A stretch of 32,000 nt of DNA, taken from Candidatus Thalassarchaeaceae archaeon. GTDB lineage: Archaea > Thermoplasmatota > Poseidoniia > Poseidoniales > Thalassarchaeaceae. The notes beneath the pieces are model-generated. The model had not been told where the DNA came from. It worked only from the letters and a program-made list of their open reading frames with translations, and made no database searches. The position numbers were made by a program, and so were the translations under genes. The stretch is from positions 630,001 through 662,000 of the forward strand of contig JBJLBP010000001.1 in assembly GCA_045568075.1 (NCBI GenBank), read 5' to 3'. Positions 19,591-29,500 of this stretch are shown piece by piece. Numbering within the stretch: the first letter of the stretch is position 1; each line of letters starts with the position of its first letter.

Positions 19591-20376
19591 TCACTCCTCT
19601 TCCTCTTCTATCATCCTGAGTATAGCATTAGCAGGCAGACGCACCGAATCTGAATCGTCAAACTCATGCGGCCGAGCTGAGAACATTGCTGAGAAAATCC
19701 AGGCCCCGACGAACCCGGCTGGGACTCCTGTAATGATCCGCAAAAGGTTCGTTGACTCATACGATGACAACAATTGTGTGAAACCATCAATTGCCATAGG
19801 TCCGAGTCCGATAGCCAGTATGCCAGTCATGACGAGCATGCGACGATCGTCGTAGTAGAATTCTTCGATCAAATCATCGCTAAAAATCGATAGGAATGTA
19901 TCGCGTATAGTCCAACGATTCAGGCCACGTCTCTGCCACAATAGACTGCAAGCGACGAATCCGAATAAGATGCCAATATCGCGTGTACAGACGGCGAGTT
20001 GGTTGCCGTTGATTTCCCAGGAACGTTCGAATTTCTGATGGCAATTGAGGTCCCCGATGGCGTAAACAGTTGCTGCTATTGGGTTGAGTTCCATCCAAGC
20101 AAATAGGCCTCCATTTTCGAATTGATTGTGGCCCATTTCTCCATCCTCTCCGTTGTTTCCATTGCCCCACGACCAGGTGCCATCGTAGGTTGCGTAATCC
20201 ATTCGATTGGCGCGAGCCGAGAGATCAGGAATTGTGTCGGTGGGCAATGCCAGCGGGATTAGGAACACTAGGATGAGATAGACTCCTGCTATCGCTGCGA
20301 GATTTCGGCCGACCGTAGATTCCCGAATTCGGTCTGGCCGACCGTTCTTCAGAAGGGGAGTCTCTGTTTCCGCCAC
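19591..20376 (-). CDS. DUF2085-like integral membrane protein
   Basis: There are several TM helices. NCHQKFERSWEINGNQLAVCTRDIGILFGF matches the CHQ..eRSf....vCaRc.Giy.G core of DUF2085. GTG start. Confidence 0.55.
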   Translation of the reverse strand: MAETETPLLKNGRPDRIRESTVGRNLAAIAGVYLILVFLIPLALPTDTIPDLSARANRMDYATYDGTWSWGNGNNGEDGEMGHNQFENGGLFAWMELNPIAATVYAIGDLNCHQKFERSWEINGNQLAVCTRDIGILFGFVACSLLWQRRGLNRWTIRDTFLSIFSDDLIEEFYYDDRRMLVMTGILAIGLGPMAIDGFTQLLSSYESTNLLRIITGVPAGFVGAWIFSAMFSARPHEFDDSDSVRLPANAILRMIEEEEE

Positions 20377-20420
20377 GTCTTTGTCGGTGGGTTCTATCGC
20401 TATCAGTCTATCCGCGACTC

Positions 20421-21191
20421 ATGGTCGAGGTAGGTGTGCGTGATGCCTTCGCTATCTCGGCGGTAATCTCTGTCATGGTCTTCGTGATGGGTTCTATGAT
20501 GGCTTTCTTTGCCGGCGGGATGGATGAGGATGCGATTTCTCCGGCTCTCCGCACTGGGGCGGTTTTGGGTACTGCGGTCGGTGCGGTGCTTCTGATGTTC
20601 ACTCTCGCGCGCGTGCGCGACCGTGCTGAGAAAGGCGATGTACGCGCTGCGGTGCGTGCTGCTGAAGTCGATGCTTTGCGCGCTGAGATGGCCTATCTGA
20701 CCGATGCGAGCGATGGAGCTTGGGATGTCGAAGAGCGGGTGCGCCGCGAGCGAGGAATTTTGACCTTCGACATGCATGGATTGGATGCTGCTTCGGCGGC
20801 TGGTGCAACCGAGAGATTACTAGGGATTCGTGAGAGTTTACAGCGTGTACGATTGGTAACTGGACGAGGAGAGATTTTGCACGAAAAATCAGCCAATCCG
20901 GGCATCCGCCCCGCAGTTCTTCAGCGTTTACGGATCGGGGCGGAGGGTGTCGATTGGCAGGTCTTGGTGAAGGCGGGCTCAATCACGCTGCGACCGATGG
21001 GAATCGCTCCATCTAAGGCTCAGCGAGCTCGGCGCTTTGCGATATTCGTAGTGCCAATGTGTACAGTAATGGGATTCACTTTCAGAGATTTAGCCGGCAC
21101 GACGATGGATGATCAGGGGCTTGCTTTCGGAATTGCTGCAGGTGTCTTGCTGACTGCCTTGCTCTCGAGTTATCGCGACCGTTCTGGCTGA
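20421..21191 (+). CDS. Membrane protein with central Smr (MutS2/SmrB-type) domain flanked by TM helix pairs
   Basis: N-terminal TM helices: AISAVISVMVFVMGSMMAFFAGG and GAVLGTAVGAVLLMFTLA. The central segment reads LTFDMHGLDAASAAGATERLLGIRESLQRVRLVTGRGE...IRPAVLQRL...GSITLRP, which fits the Smr pattern D.HG...EA......L......v.iitGkG....lr.av...L. C-terminal TM helices: FAIFVVPMCTVMGFTF and LAFGIAAGVLLTALLSSY. Confidence 0.55.
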   Translation: MVEVGVRDAFAISAVISVMVFVMGSMMAFFAGGMDEDAISPALRTGAVLGTAVGAVLLMFTLARVRDRAEKGDVRAAVRAAEVDALRAEMAYLTDASDGAWDVEERVRRERGILTFDMHGLDAASAAGATERLLGIRESLQRVRLVTGRGEILHEKSANPGIRPAVLQRLRIGAEGVDWQVLVKAGSITLRPMGIAPSKAQRARRFAIFVVPMCTVMGFTFRDLAGTTMDDQGLAFGIAAGVLLTALLSSYRDRSG

Positions 21192-21214
21192 CAGTTCTGC
21201 TATTCTGTAGTCTC

Positions 21215-21382
21215 TCAGGAGTAATCAGGGACACCCTCGCAACAGGCCTCTACAACTCTGCGGCAGCGCGGGCATTCCATGTGTTGTCGCATTGGGATGG
21301 CAGCACCACGGAATCCACATTCGCACAGAATCGCAGCGCAGTGATCGTGGTCCACGAAGCGCTTCACCCTCACGCAGCCCAA
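21215..21382 (-). CDS. Candidate small Cys-rich (CPxC zinc-ribbon-like) protein, 55 codons, absent from the ORF track
   Basis: My own translation of the minus strand gives (TTG)GCVRVKRFVDHDHCAAILCECGFRGAAIPMRQHMECPRCRRVVEACCEGVPDYS*. TTG 21382 lies 5 nt after GAGGA and 7 nt after the sufD TGA, in the same frame as sufD. Alternative starts are GTG 21373 or 21367. The stop is at 21217..21215. Confidence 0.3.
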   Translation of the reverse strand: MGCVRVKRFVDHDHCAAILCECGFRGAAIPMRQHMECPRCRRVVEACCEGVPDYS

Positions 21383-21391
21383 ATGGCTTCC

Positions 21392-22495
21392 TCAGGCTTT
21401 GAGGTCATTCAGTTCGTCTTGCAGATGCTCGGTCAACCAATGATGCAGAGTATCGCTGCCCATTTCGATGAGAGTTGAATTAAGGAATGCGGCGATGAGT
21501 GCATCGCGAGCCTCAGAGGTATCGAAGCCTCGCGACTCCAGGTAGAACATCTGCTCTTCATCGACAGGCCCGTTGGCAGTACCGTGGCCGCAGCCGACGA
21601 CATCATGCTCACTGACTTCAAGTTCAGGAATCGAATCGGCTTCAGCCTTCTCAGATAATAGCAGATTGTGGAAGAGTTGGCCCGCATCAGCACCTCTCGC
21701 GCCCTTGGCGACCCGGAGCATTCCGGTTCCAACCGTGCGCGAGTTACCGCCGCAAGCCGAGTGCCAATCGAGGCGACTGAATGTCTCGGGAGCGTCGTGA
21801 TGAATCTCGACGTGATGGTCGAGGTGCATCTTACTTGCCGATAGGATCGAGCCGAGGACATTCAGATGGCCGCCAGTCTCACCCATTTTGTAGCGAAGGT
21901 CTGCCTTGGTACGCTCGCTTCCTGAGCTGACTGTTCCAGCCTTGACCTGCGCGTCGCGTCCAATCGCAATACTGTCGACGCGTAGAAGAGTTCCCGAATC
22001 GGTGTGGCCGATGACCACATCGTTCAGAATAGAGCCATCACCAATTCGACCACTGCGCAGGACTCCTGTCCAAGGAGCAGCGCCACTAATCTGTGTAATC
22101 AATTCGAATTCACAGTGACGACCAATATCGAGGGCAAGGTGCAGAGCACATGGAGAATCGCCTGTGTCGATGTCGAGAACGATTGGTGAACTGGCAACAA
22201 AATTATTCTCTGCGCGAAGTGTGTAAACCGAGTCGCCAGCAGCGGCGCGGATGAATGAAGAAGTCACCTCATCGGATTCCGGCAGAACTTCTGCACCAAC
22301 AATTCCTTCTTCTACCGATATACCAACTAAAGCCACATTATCATCTAGACAGGAGAGAGTAAGTTTCGGTGCTACAGTGGCTGGAATTTCGCTCAAATCG
22401 CCGCTTGGATGAACTCTCTTCCAAGGTGTGTAACGCCACAGATGGTCCGCCTTGTCAGGCTCATCGAGAGACTTGTACAGACTCGCAGCATCCAT
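21392..22495 (-). CDS. sufD: Fe-S cluster assembly protein SufD
   Basis: The sequence has a beta-helix core, and its C-terminal block reads SEKAEADSIPELEV..HDV.GCGHGTANGPVDEEQMFYLESRGFD..EARDALIAAFL, which is typical of SufD. It lies downstream of sufC and sufB. Confidence 0.85.
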   Translation of the reverse strand: MDAASLYKSLDEPDKADHLWRYTPWKRVHPSGDLSEIPATVAPKLTLSCLDDNVALVGISVEEGIVGAEVLPESDEVTSSFIRAAAGDSVYTLRAENNFVASSPIVLDIDTGDSPCALHLALDIGRHCEFELITQISGAAPWTGVLRSGRIGDGSILNDVVIGHTDSGTLLRVDSIAIGRDAQVKAGTVSSGSERTKADLRYKMGETGGHLNVLGSILSASKMHLDHHVEIHHDAPETFSRLDWHSACGGNSRTVGTGMLRVAKGARGADAGQLFHNLLLSEKAEADSIPELEVSEHDVVGCGHGTANGPVDEEQMFYLESRGFDTSEARDALIAAFLNSTLIEMGSDTLHHWLTEHLQDELNDLKA

Positions 22496-22564
22496 GTAAA
22501 TTCACCAGCCTGCTAATTATCTGTGTTCTCTTACCTCTATGGTCGAATTTCCAGTAGCAGAAAT

Positions 22565-23974
22565 TCAGCCGATGCTCCCTTCCATTTCGAGGGCCATCAA
22601 TTTGTTGAGTTCAACAGCGTATTCCATTGGGAGTTCACGGGTAAAAGGCTCAAAGAATCCGTTGACAATCATCGCCAGAGCCTCCTCTTCTGCGTGCCCT
22701 CGGCTCATCAGATAGAACAACTGATCATCGCTCACCTTCGACACACTCGCCTCGTGCTCACAACGTGCAGTCGGGTTGGCTACTTCCATGGTAGGATAGG
22801 TGTCCGAACGTGAATTTTCGTCGAGAATGAGCGCGTCACAAACAACATTGAGTTTGCAATTTTCTGCTTTTGGTGAGACTGAAACTAGTCCGCGATACGA
22901 ACCGCGTCCTCCGTCCTTTGAAATCGACTTAGAGAGAATCTTCGAAGTTGTGTTACTCGCGAGGTGATGGATCTTGGCTCCAGCATCTTGGTGTTGACCC
23001 TTTCCTGAATATGCGACTGAAATCACCTCAGCGTGACTACCTTCTCCTTTGAGAATAACAGCTGGATATTTCATCGTCAGCCTGCTGCCGATGTTGCCAT
23101 CGACCCATTCGATTTTGGCATTCTTGTGGGCGATGCCGCGCTTAGTCACCAAATTGTAGACATTCGTGCTCCAATTCTGCACCGTGCTGTAGCGGATGTG
23201 AGAGCCGGGGAGGGCAATGAGTTCGACGACAGCGGAGTGGAGTGAATCGGTAGAGTAGGTTGGGGCTGTGCAGCCTTCGACATAGTGGATACTACTACCT
23301 TCGTCAGCGATGATTAGAGTACGCTCAAACTGACCCATATTCTTCGCATTGATACGGAAATATGCCTGAACGGGCATCTCGACGTGGACGCCCTTTGGGA
23401 CGTAGATGAATGAGCCACCAGACCAAACAGCGGTATTCAAAGCGCTGAATTTATTGTCTTGGTAAGGAACGACTGAACAAAACCATTTCTTGACGATTTC
23501 AGGGTATTCTCGCAGTCCTGAATCCATGTCTAGGAAGATGACTCCTTGCTGTTCGAGGTCTTCTCGAATCGAGTGGTAAACCGCTTCGGATTCGTACTGC
23601 GCGGTGACTCCCGAGAGCCATTTCTGCTCAGCCTCGGGAATACCGAGTTTGTCGAAGGTGTTCCGGATGGCCTCGGGAACATCATCCCAGTCATCCTCCG
23701 TGCCTTCGCCCGAGCGTAGAAAGTAGCAGACCTTGTCGAAATCGATATTTTTGAGCAACGACATATTTCCCCAAGTCGGCATCGGCCGGTTCTCAAAGTG
23801 ATGGTAGGCCTTGACGCGGATTTCAGTCATCCACTCAGGCTCGTTCTTGATAGCTGAGATATCGCGGACGACCTGCTCGGAGAGGCCGAAATCGAATCGA
23901 ATTGTGGCATTTTCAGGGTCATGCCAGCCGGCCTTATACTCGCCGACTGCGTCACGTGCTTCTTTTGCTGCCAT
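22565..23974 (-). CDS. sufB: Fe-S cluster assembly protein SufB
   Basis: The sequence is canonical throughout: [98 protein letters not shown] and [19 protein letters not shown]. Confidence 0.97.
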   Translation of the reverse strand: MAAKEARDAVGEYKAGWHDPENATIRFDFGLSEQVVRDISAIKNEPEWMTEIRVKAYHHFENRPMPTWGNMSLLKNIDFDKVCYFLRSGEGTEDDWDDVPEAIRNTFDKLGIPEAEQKWLSGVTAQYESEAVYHSIREDLEQQGVIFLDMDSGLREYPEIVKKWFCSVVPYQDNKFSALNTAVWSGGSFIYVPKGVHVEMPVQAYFRINAKNMGQFERTLIIADEGSSIHYVEGCTAPTYSTDSLHSAVVELIALPGSHIRYSTVQNWSTNVYNLVTKRGIAHKNAKIEWVDGNIGSRLTMKYPAVILKGEGSHAEVISVAYSGKGQHQDAGAKIHHLASNTTSKILSKSISKDGGRGSYRGLVSVSPKAENCKLNVVCDALILDENSRSDTYPTMEVANPTARCEHEASVSKVSDDQLFYLMSRGHAEEEALAMIVNGFFEPFTRELPMEYAVELNKLMALEMEGSIG

Positions 23975-24005
23975 TTTCTCACTTCCTTGTTTTTTCTTTA
24001 ATCAC

Positions 24006-24800
24006 TCACGCAGAGGTCTCGGCTTCGTCCACCGATTCGTCAGTATGGTCTTCATCGAGCCAATCATAACCGCGCTCTTCGAGCTCGAGGGCGAGTTCTG
24101 GACCCCCGGTCTTGACGATTCGTCCCTTGATCAGTACGTGCACCTTGTCGGGCTGGACATGTTCGAGGATTCTGGAGTAGTGAGTGATGATCAACGCTCC
24201 AGATTCGCTACCGCGAATTGCCGTGTTGATTCCCTTCGCGACAGTGCGGATTCCATCGATGTCGAGTCCCGAATCAGTCTCGTCGAGTATGGCTAACTTC
24301 GGTCGCAACAGCATCAATTGGAGAATCTCGAAGCGCTTTTTCTCTCCTCCGCTGAATCCATCGTTGACATAGCGACCGAGGAATGAACGATCGAGGTCTA
24401 GTTCTTTCATCGCCTGTTTGAGTTGTTTGCGGAAATCACTACCCTTCGCAGCCTCTTCTCCGCGAATCGCGGCGACGGACTTACGCAGGAAATTGCCAAC
24501 CTGAAGTCCAGGAACCGCCTGAGGGTATTGGAAAGATAGGAATACACCGGATCGAGCCCTCTCCCACGGCTCCATTTCCAAGAGGTCCTTGCCGTCGAGT
24601 TCGACGCTGCCTTCGCTTACTTCGAAGTCAGGGTGACCCATGATGATGTTCGCAGCGGTAGTTTTTCCGCTGCCGTTTCTTCCCATGATGGCGTGAATTT
24701 CACCAGCAGGGATCACGAGGTCAATTCCGCGAAGGATCGGTGTATCGTCGATTCCGGCATGTAGGTTACGGATACCGAGGACGGGAGTGTCAGATGCCAT
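24006..24800 (-). CDS. sufC: Fe-S cluster assembly ATPase SufC
   Basis: Walker A is GRNGSGKTT. The ABC signature is GFSGGEKKR. Walker B is LAILDETDSGLDID. The H-loop is ITHY. GAGG lies 8 nt before the ATG. Confidence 0.95.
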   Translation of the reverse strand: MASDTPVLGIRNLHAGIDDTPILRGIDLVIPAGEIHAIMGRNGSGKTTAANIIMGHPDFEVSEGSVELDGKDLLEMEPWERARSGVFLSFQYPQAVPGLQVGNFLRKSVAAIRGEEAAKGSDFRKQLKQAMKELDLDRSFLGRYVNDGFSGGEKKRFEILQLMLLRPKLAILDETDSGLDIDGIRTVAKGINTAIRGSESGALIITHYSRILEHVQPDKVHVLIKGRIVKTGGPELALELEERGYDWLDEDHTDESVDEAETSA

Positions 24801-24842
24801 GAGGTTGCCTCGCTTCTTCCGTCTATTGGTCCCTTTTGAATG

Positions 24843-24861
24843 CGACCGTCATAGACGGTCG
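24843..24861. promoter_or_regulatory. 19-bp palindrome CGACCGTC-ATA-GACGGTCG in the sufC / nfu-dtxR divergent region (candidate DtxR-family operator)
   Basis: The 8-bp arms are perfect (24843-24850 / 24854-24861) with a 3-bp spacer. A/T-rich TTGAA-type elements flank it on both sides (cTTTTGAAtg 24832-24841 and tTGAAATc 24862-24869). A second, imperfect palindrome TGAAATCAG-C-CTGATTCA lies at 24863-24880. Confidence 0.35.
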
Positions 24862-24897
24862 TTGAAATCAGCCTGATTCATGGTCAATCAGAAGTAG

Positions 24898-25398
24898 GTG
24901 TGGCATCACCGGATGGTTGTGTCGAGTGATGATGATCTAGCCGAATCGTATCGACTTCAGGTCGAGGCGATGATGACTGCAGAGTCTGAGAAGCGTATAG
25001 CCGAGGCACACGATCCAGCAGAGCTGGATCGACTTCGTTCGCTCTCACTGCTCAATTTGGTTGAGAGCGAGCATACAGATCTCATACCCGCTCTGATGGC
25101 GAGGCTTGGGCCCGTTCGGGCCGCCCTCGACGGTCATGGAGGCGGACTCCTCGTCGCTCAATCCGAGGTTGAAGAAATGCACTCGGGATCGAAGGCTCTC
25201 TCACTCGTCATCGACCTCGATGGAGCTTGTGTCTCATGCGGTGCGGCTCCTGGGACTCTGAAAGGAATTCAAGAAGACTTGTTGATGGATGAGGAGGTTG
25301 TCGCAGTACGCTTCGCTGCCTCGATGCTCGAATGGTTCAATGAATTACAGCGCGAGTTTGTCCTAAAGCACGGCGGCGTCACCTTTGTCGAGGTCTGA
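24898..25398 (+). CDS. NifU C-terminal (Nfu-type) Fe-S scaffold/carrier domain protein
   Basis: VRAALDGHGGGLLV...LVIDLDGACVSCGAAPGTLKGIQEDLL matches the Nfu/NifU C-terminal domain with its CxxC pair. The start is uncertain: GTG 24898 (ORF track), ATG 24913, or ATG 24970 (preceded by GAGGcg). Confidence 0.7.
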   Translation: MWHHRMVVSSDDDLAESYRLQVEAMMTAESEKRIAEAHDPAELDRLRSLSLLNLVESEHTDLIPALMARLGPVRAALDGHGGGLLVAQSEVEEMHSGSKALSLVIDLDGACVSCGAAPGTLKGIQEDLLMDEEVVAVRFAASMLEWFNELQREFVLKHGGVTFVEV

Positions 25399-25400
25399 AA

Positions 25401-25865
25401 ATGAGCGAGGACAGACTCGACGCACTGCGTTCGGCACACGAAGCAGATGGAGTTCGACGTTCGACTCGTCACTCCGTTCGAGTCGAGGATTATCTCGAGG
25501 TATTGCACGAGTTAGAACTCGTCGAGGGTCGAGCCAAACCTGCTCGCATCGCTGAGTCGTTGGCAGTAGCGCGACCCTCTGTGACAAAGATGCTCAAGCG
25601 TCTCGACGAGGAGGGCCTCGTCGATTACGAAAGATATCGTGGTGCGGTTCTGACTGACGAGGGACGTGCTGCTGCAATTTCCCTGAGAGAGCGACACAGT
25701 TTGCTCGTCAGGTTCCTTAGTATCCTTGGCGTCGATGAGGAGACTGCTCATACCGATACCGAAGGCATCGAGCATCATCTCCACGAGACCACGCTCGATG
25801 CATTACGAGCACTGGTCGAAAAAGCCGAATCAGACCCAGATTGGTGGAGTGCTCGTAACGAATAA
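25401..25865 (+). CDS. DtxR/MntR-family metal-dependent transcriptional repressor
   Basis: EDYLEVLHEL...AKPARIAESLAVARPSVTKMLKRLDEEGLVDYERYRGAVLTDEGR..A..L.ERH.LL..FL..LGVDEE.AH.D.EGIEHHL is the wHTH plus metal-binding/dimerisation helix pattern. ATG lies 8 nt after GAGG and 2 nt after the nfu stop. Confidence 0.85.
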   Translation: MSEDRLDALRSAHEADGVRRSTRHSVRVEDYLEVLHELELVEGRAKPARIAESLAVARPSVTKMLKRLDEEGLVDYERYRGAVLTDEGRAAAISLRERHSLLVRFLSILGVDEETAHTDTEGIEHHLHETTLDALRALVEKAESDPDWWSARNE

Positions 25866-25871
25866 GCCGTG

Positions 25872-26504
25872 CTAATCAGATTCGAGAGCAGCAATCGCAC
25901 CCGGCGCTAGGCCGAGCACAGTGATTTCCTCTCCCTCTACCAAGCGAGTATCAGGTGCGGCATCACCCGCCATATCGTAAGCCCCAGCCTTGCCTTTCCA
26001 AGATCCGCTGCTGACGAGTTCGAAGAGCCTGTCCTGACTCAATTCATCGAACTCGACAACCGCAGAGTCAGTCCAGAAATCTGCGGTCCAGTCTCCATGC
26101 AATACATGCTCGCCCGCTCCTCCTGGAGGATATACAAGGGCGGTCGAAGACCAGACTCGATGGCGATTTCCAGACAGCCGTAACAGCATCGCCATCGCGT
26201 GTTGATCATCATCGGGCTTCCCCATCGGCATCAGAGGGTCATCGGGGTCAGTCACGATTGTATCTGCGACAATAACCACATCAGCGACCTCATCTCCTGC
26301 CATCGCAGAAACAACTCCCTCCCGAGCAGCTGCCGAAGCCTTCGCTAAACAAGTGAATTCTACCTGCTCCTCTACCGGCGCACCCCAGCGCGGCTTCGGT
26401 TCATCAAAAACCAGCGCAGCCGCGCTCAAATCAACTCCAGAAAGCCGCTCACTCAGCCAAGCCAGCCGCCGCTCAGAGGCAGATGCAAGATGCACCTTGC
26501 GCAT
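25872..26504 (-). CDS. maf: Maf-like nucleoside triphosphate pyrophosphatase
   Basis: VHLASASERR, VIVADTIV, GKPDD..HA.AML..LSG..H.V.S and the GKAGAYD motif are present. ATG 26504 lies 7 nt after GAGGT and 10 nt after the upstream S8 gene's TGA. The longer ORF, extending to 26537, would overlap that gene. Confidence 0.8.
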   Translation of the reverse strand: MRKVHLASASERRLAWLSERLSGVDLSAAALVFDEPKPRWGAPVEEQVEFTCLAKASAAAREGVVSAMAGDEVADVVIVADTIVTDPDDPLMPMGKPDDDQHAMAMLLRLSGNRHRVWSSTALVYPPGGAGEHVLHGDWTADFWTDSAVVEFDELSQDRLFELVSSGSWKGKAGAYDMAGDAAPDTRLVEGEEITVLGLAPGAIAALESD

Positions 26505-26514
26505 ACCATCGACC

Positions 26515-29500
26515 TCACAGATCGATGCGCAGCGCACAGATAGGGCAGCGAGTCATCTTCAGGTCCATGCCGACCTCGAAGCGACTCGCGCAATCAGGAC
26601 AAACCACCGACCGATTCAGAGGAGGAAGTCCAGGCAACACCGGAGCCTCACCCATTGGAGGGAGGGGTTGAGCAACCGCTCCTTCTGCCGGTGGTGGAGG
26701 AATCATTCCTGGCATTGGTGGAGCCATTTCGGCCATCTCTGCTACGTCAGCCCTGCGCTGCCGTCGCTCACGCCGTGAAGAACCGGAATCGGAATCATCC
26801 TCAACGATTTCAACGATAGAAGATGTATCGATGGCCTCGACGGTGATATCTTCCTCATCGATTACATCCACGACATCATCTTCGAGCATCACCACACCTT
26901 CAGCTCGCGTCCGACGACGACCACCCATCCAGCGAATCGCTCGGCCTGACAATACGGCGAGAACGATGGTGCAAAGGAGCAGAACTGCAACAGCAACCCC
27001 TCCCAGTAGGATGTTGAAACTGCCTTCATCCAAGCCCAGATTAAAGCGCAGTTGCTCAAGAATGTCGCCCCTATCTCTGTCTCCTGTCGAATCATCGATT
27101 ATCGAGCGGATGACCCAGCCCTGACTTGATGTGTGAATAATCGCCACTTCATCTCCGCTTGGCGCACGACTCACAGAGTGTAGCCAACCGGCACTTATTC
27201 GGTTCGAAATCGACATCCATCCGGATTCTGCATTCATCATTCCATACTGAACTTGTGGTCCAGACGGCCCGACCATGTCGTGGAATACTTGCACACCTCG
27301 ATCATTTTCGAGGAAAATAATATTCGAAAGACCGCGGGCGTTAATCGAAATAGAATTATTTCCAATCGCATTGAATGAATCATCAGCAATCATGTTGATG
27401 AATCGTGTATCGAGGCCCGAACCTTCCCTCCAAGCCACCATCAGTCGGTCCTCGCCAGAAACGGTTTCAACCCTCATCTGAGGTAGCGAAGCCTCGTCAC
27501 CGACCGCCTTTTTGTAGGCCCAGGATGAGTGTTGAAGATCTCCGTGAGCATACCAGAGGCCAAGCCTGTCAGCGCCTGTGGTGTCATTACGCATCGATTG
27601 GAAAAGGATGTGACCAATGTCCTCGCCGAACTCTATCTGCACTGGATCAGTCTGTCCTGCGACCACGTCTATGTCTGCGATTACATTGGGTGTCAATCGC
27701 CAATCGTTCGAGGAGGTCGGCGCGTCAGCTTCCAGAAGGAAGATGCTGGTTAAATCCTGATAGCTTCCTCCAGTTAGCAAATCTCTGTGGTAACCAGCGA
27801 CGAGCAACTCGGTTCCCTTGACATCGAGGTCGATACCCCAATACTTTCCATCCGAGAGGAGAATCGGATCCATCAAGTCTTGAATTGGAGTCATTTGACA
27901 AGCAGAATCGATTGTTGAATACGACACGGTTTGTTGCAGATAACCGCTCGTGTCGAGGAAGCGGCGCGTCCACACGACGTGTGCGACGCCATCGTCTGTG
28001 GCTACAGCGTGGAAATCTCCTGACCAAGTTTCTTCAAGCATATTTGTGCAGGCTGTCATGCCGTGATTTGAGTTCAAACGGTATAGCGAGAGGCCACCGT
28101 CTATGGCTCCGACGACGATGCCTTCTCCATTGAGTTCGATGACTTCTACAGGGATCTCTCCCGATTGGAAGTTCATTCCTCTACCGCCAGATACAGTGCT
28201 CTTCTCGACGAGGGCGGTCCATTCGACTTGATTGTTTGACCAATCGATGTCTGAGAGAATTGGGCCTGTTAGTGTGATGCGGAATTCAAACGGCCCGCTT
28301 TCTTCCGTGCTGAGTGCGAAACTCACACTTTGTGAACCGGCTCCAGAGATTGATGGAATCGTCGTTGATGAGGTCAATTCCCAGCCGCGTTCAGTGTGAA
28401 GGTGGAGTTGTGCATCGACCTGCTCAGCAGTGGTCGACCCGAGGTTATCGACGCGGGCATTAATTTGGAATAATTCGCCAGGGCGCGGGATTGCAGGAGT
28501 TGTTGTTATCGCGCCTGTGGCGAAGGCGAGGTCGATTCCAGCGGGGCGCTGAACGACCTCGAAGTCGATACTTTCATCGTTATTCGTCTCATCGATTTCC
28601 TCGATGGAATCACCCGGGTCAAGGGCGATTGTTACCTGCCGATCACCAACCTCGAGTGGATTCCAATAAAGGGTCACTGCGACAATGTCGCCAGAGTCTA
28701 TCGAGGGAATAGTCAACTCGTATTTGCGAGTGCCTTCCTCAAGCAGATAGACGACGACATTCGTGGCGGCTTGGTCGCCATCATTGCGTATTTCAGCGCT
28801 GACATCGACAAAGGAATTGACGAAGGTCTCAGACAACGGTATGCCCCACTCGGAGACTGTGATTCCACTGCGGAACATCAGGTCGGGGGCAGGTGGATCA
28901 TTGTCGATTTCGAGAGTGATTCGAACCTCTTCTGAGCGTACTTCACCACCGCTGATTAAGCGTAGTGAGATACGGTGAGAACCGTCGGGATGTTGGTCGG
29001 AATCCCAATTGAAACTGAACATCCCGGTTGTTCCTCCCGAGCCGGCATAAACCGTCTCGTCGACCCAATCCTCCTTGCCGATTCGCCATTGCAAAGTTCC
29101 GCCATCGACCGTCTCATATTCACCTTCGAAGCGGACATCTCCAGCGACAGAATTCTGTCCGCTCGGACTTGTAAGAGTCAACTCGACACGGCCAATCTCG
29201 TGTTCTTGACGCTGGGTGTCGCTCCATTGATCCCACTCGTTACGCGCTTGTACTGAGATGCGAATCTCAAGTGCGTTGATTTCGTCCTCGGTAAAGTCGG
29301 GAATCGAGAAATCGGTGGTCCAATTTACTGTTCCTTGGGCTTGGTGCCAGTCGACAAGGACTTCTTCCTGAGTAGGTGAACCCTCCGGCTTGTGAGTGTA
29401 GGTGATTTTGACTTGGACCTCTTCGATACTACCGTTGGTCTCGGCGTCTTCGTCAATGTGACCTCGGACAGAGTAAGTCTCTCCTTCGACAAGCCACGAG

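Noticed and set aside
19136-19855. 239-aa + strand ORF overlapping the tmk-like 3' half and running antisense into the DUF2085 gene.
   Set aside because: It is out of frame with one supported gene and antisense to another. It has no motifs and no ribosome-binding site.
21281-21478. 65-aa + strand ORF in the sufD/Smr gap.
   Set aside because: Its 3' third is antisense to the conserved SufD C-terminus, and it has no SD. The opposite-strand Cys-rich ORF, which has an SD and operon context, is the more credible reading of this gap.
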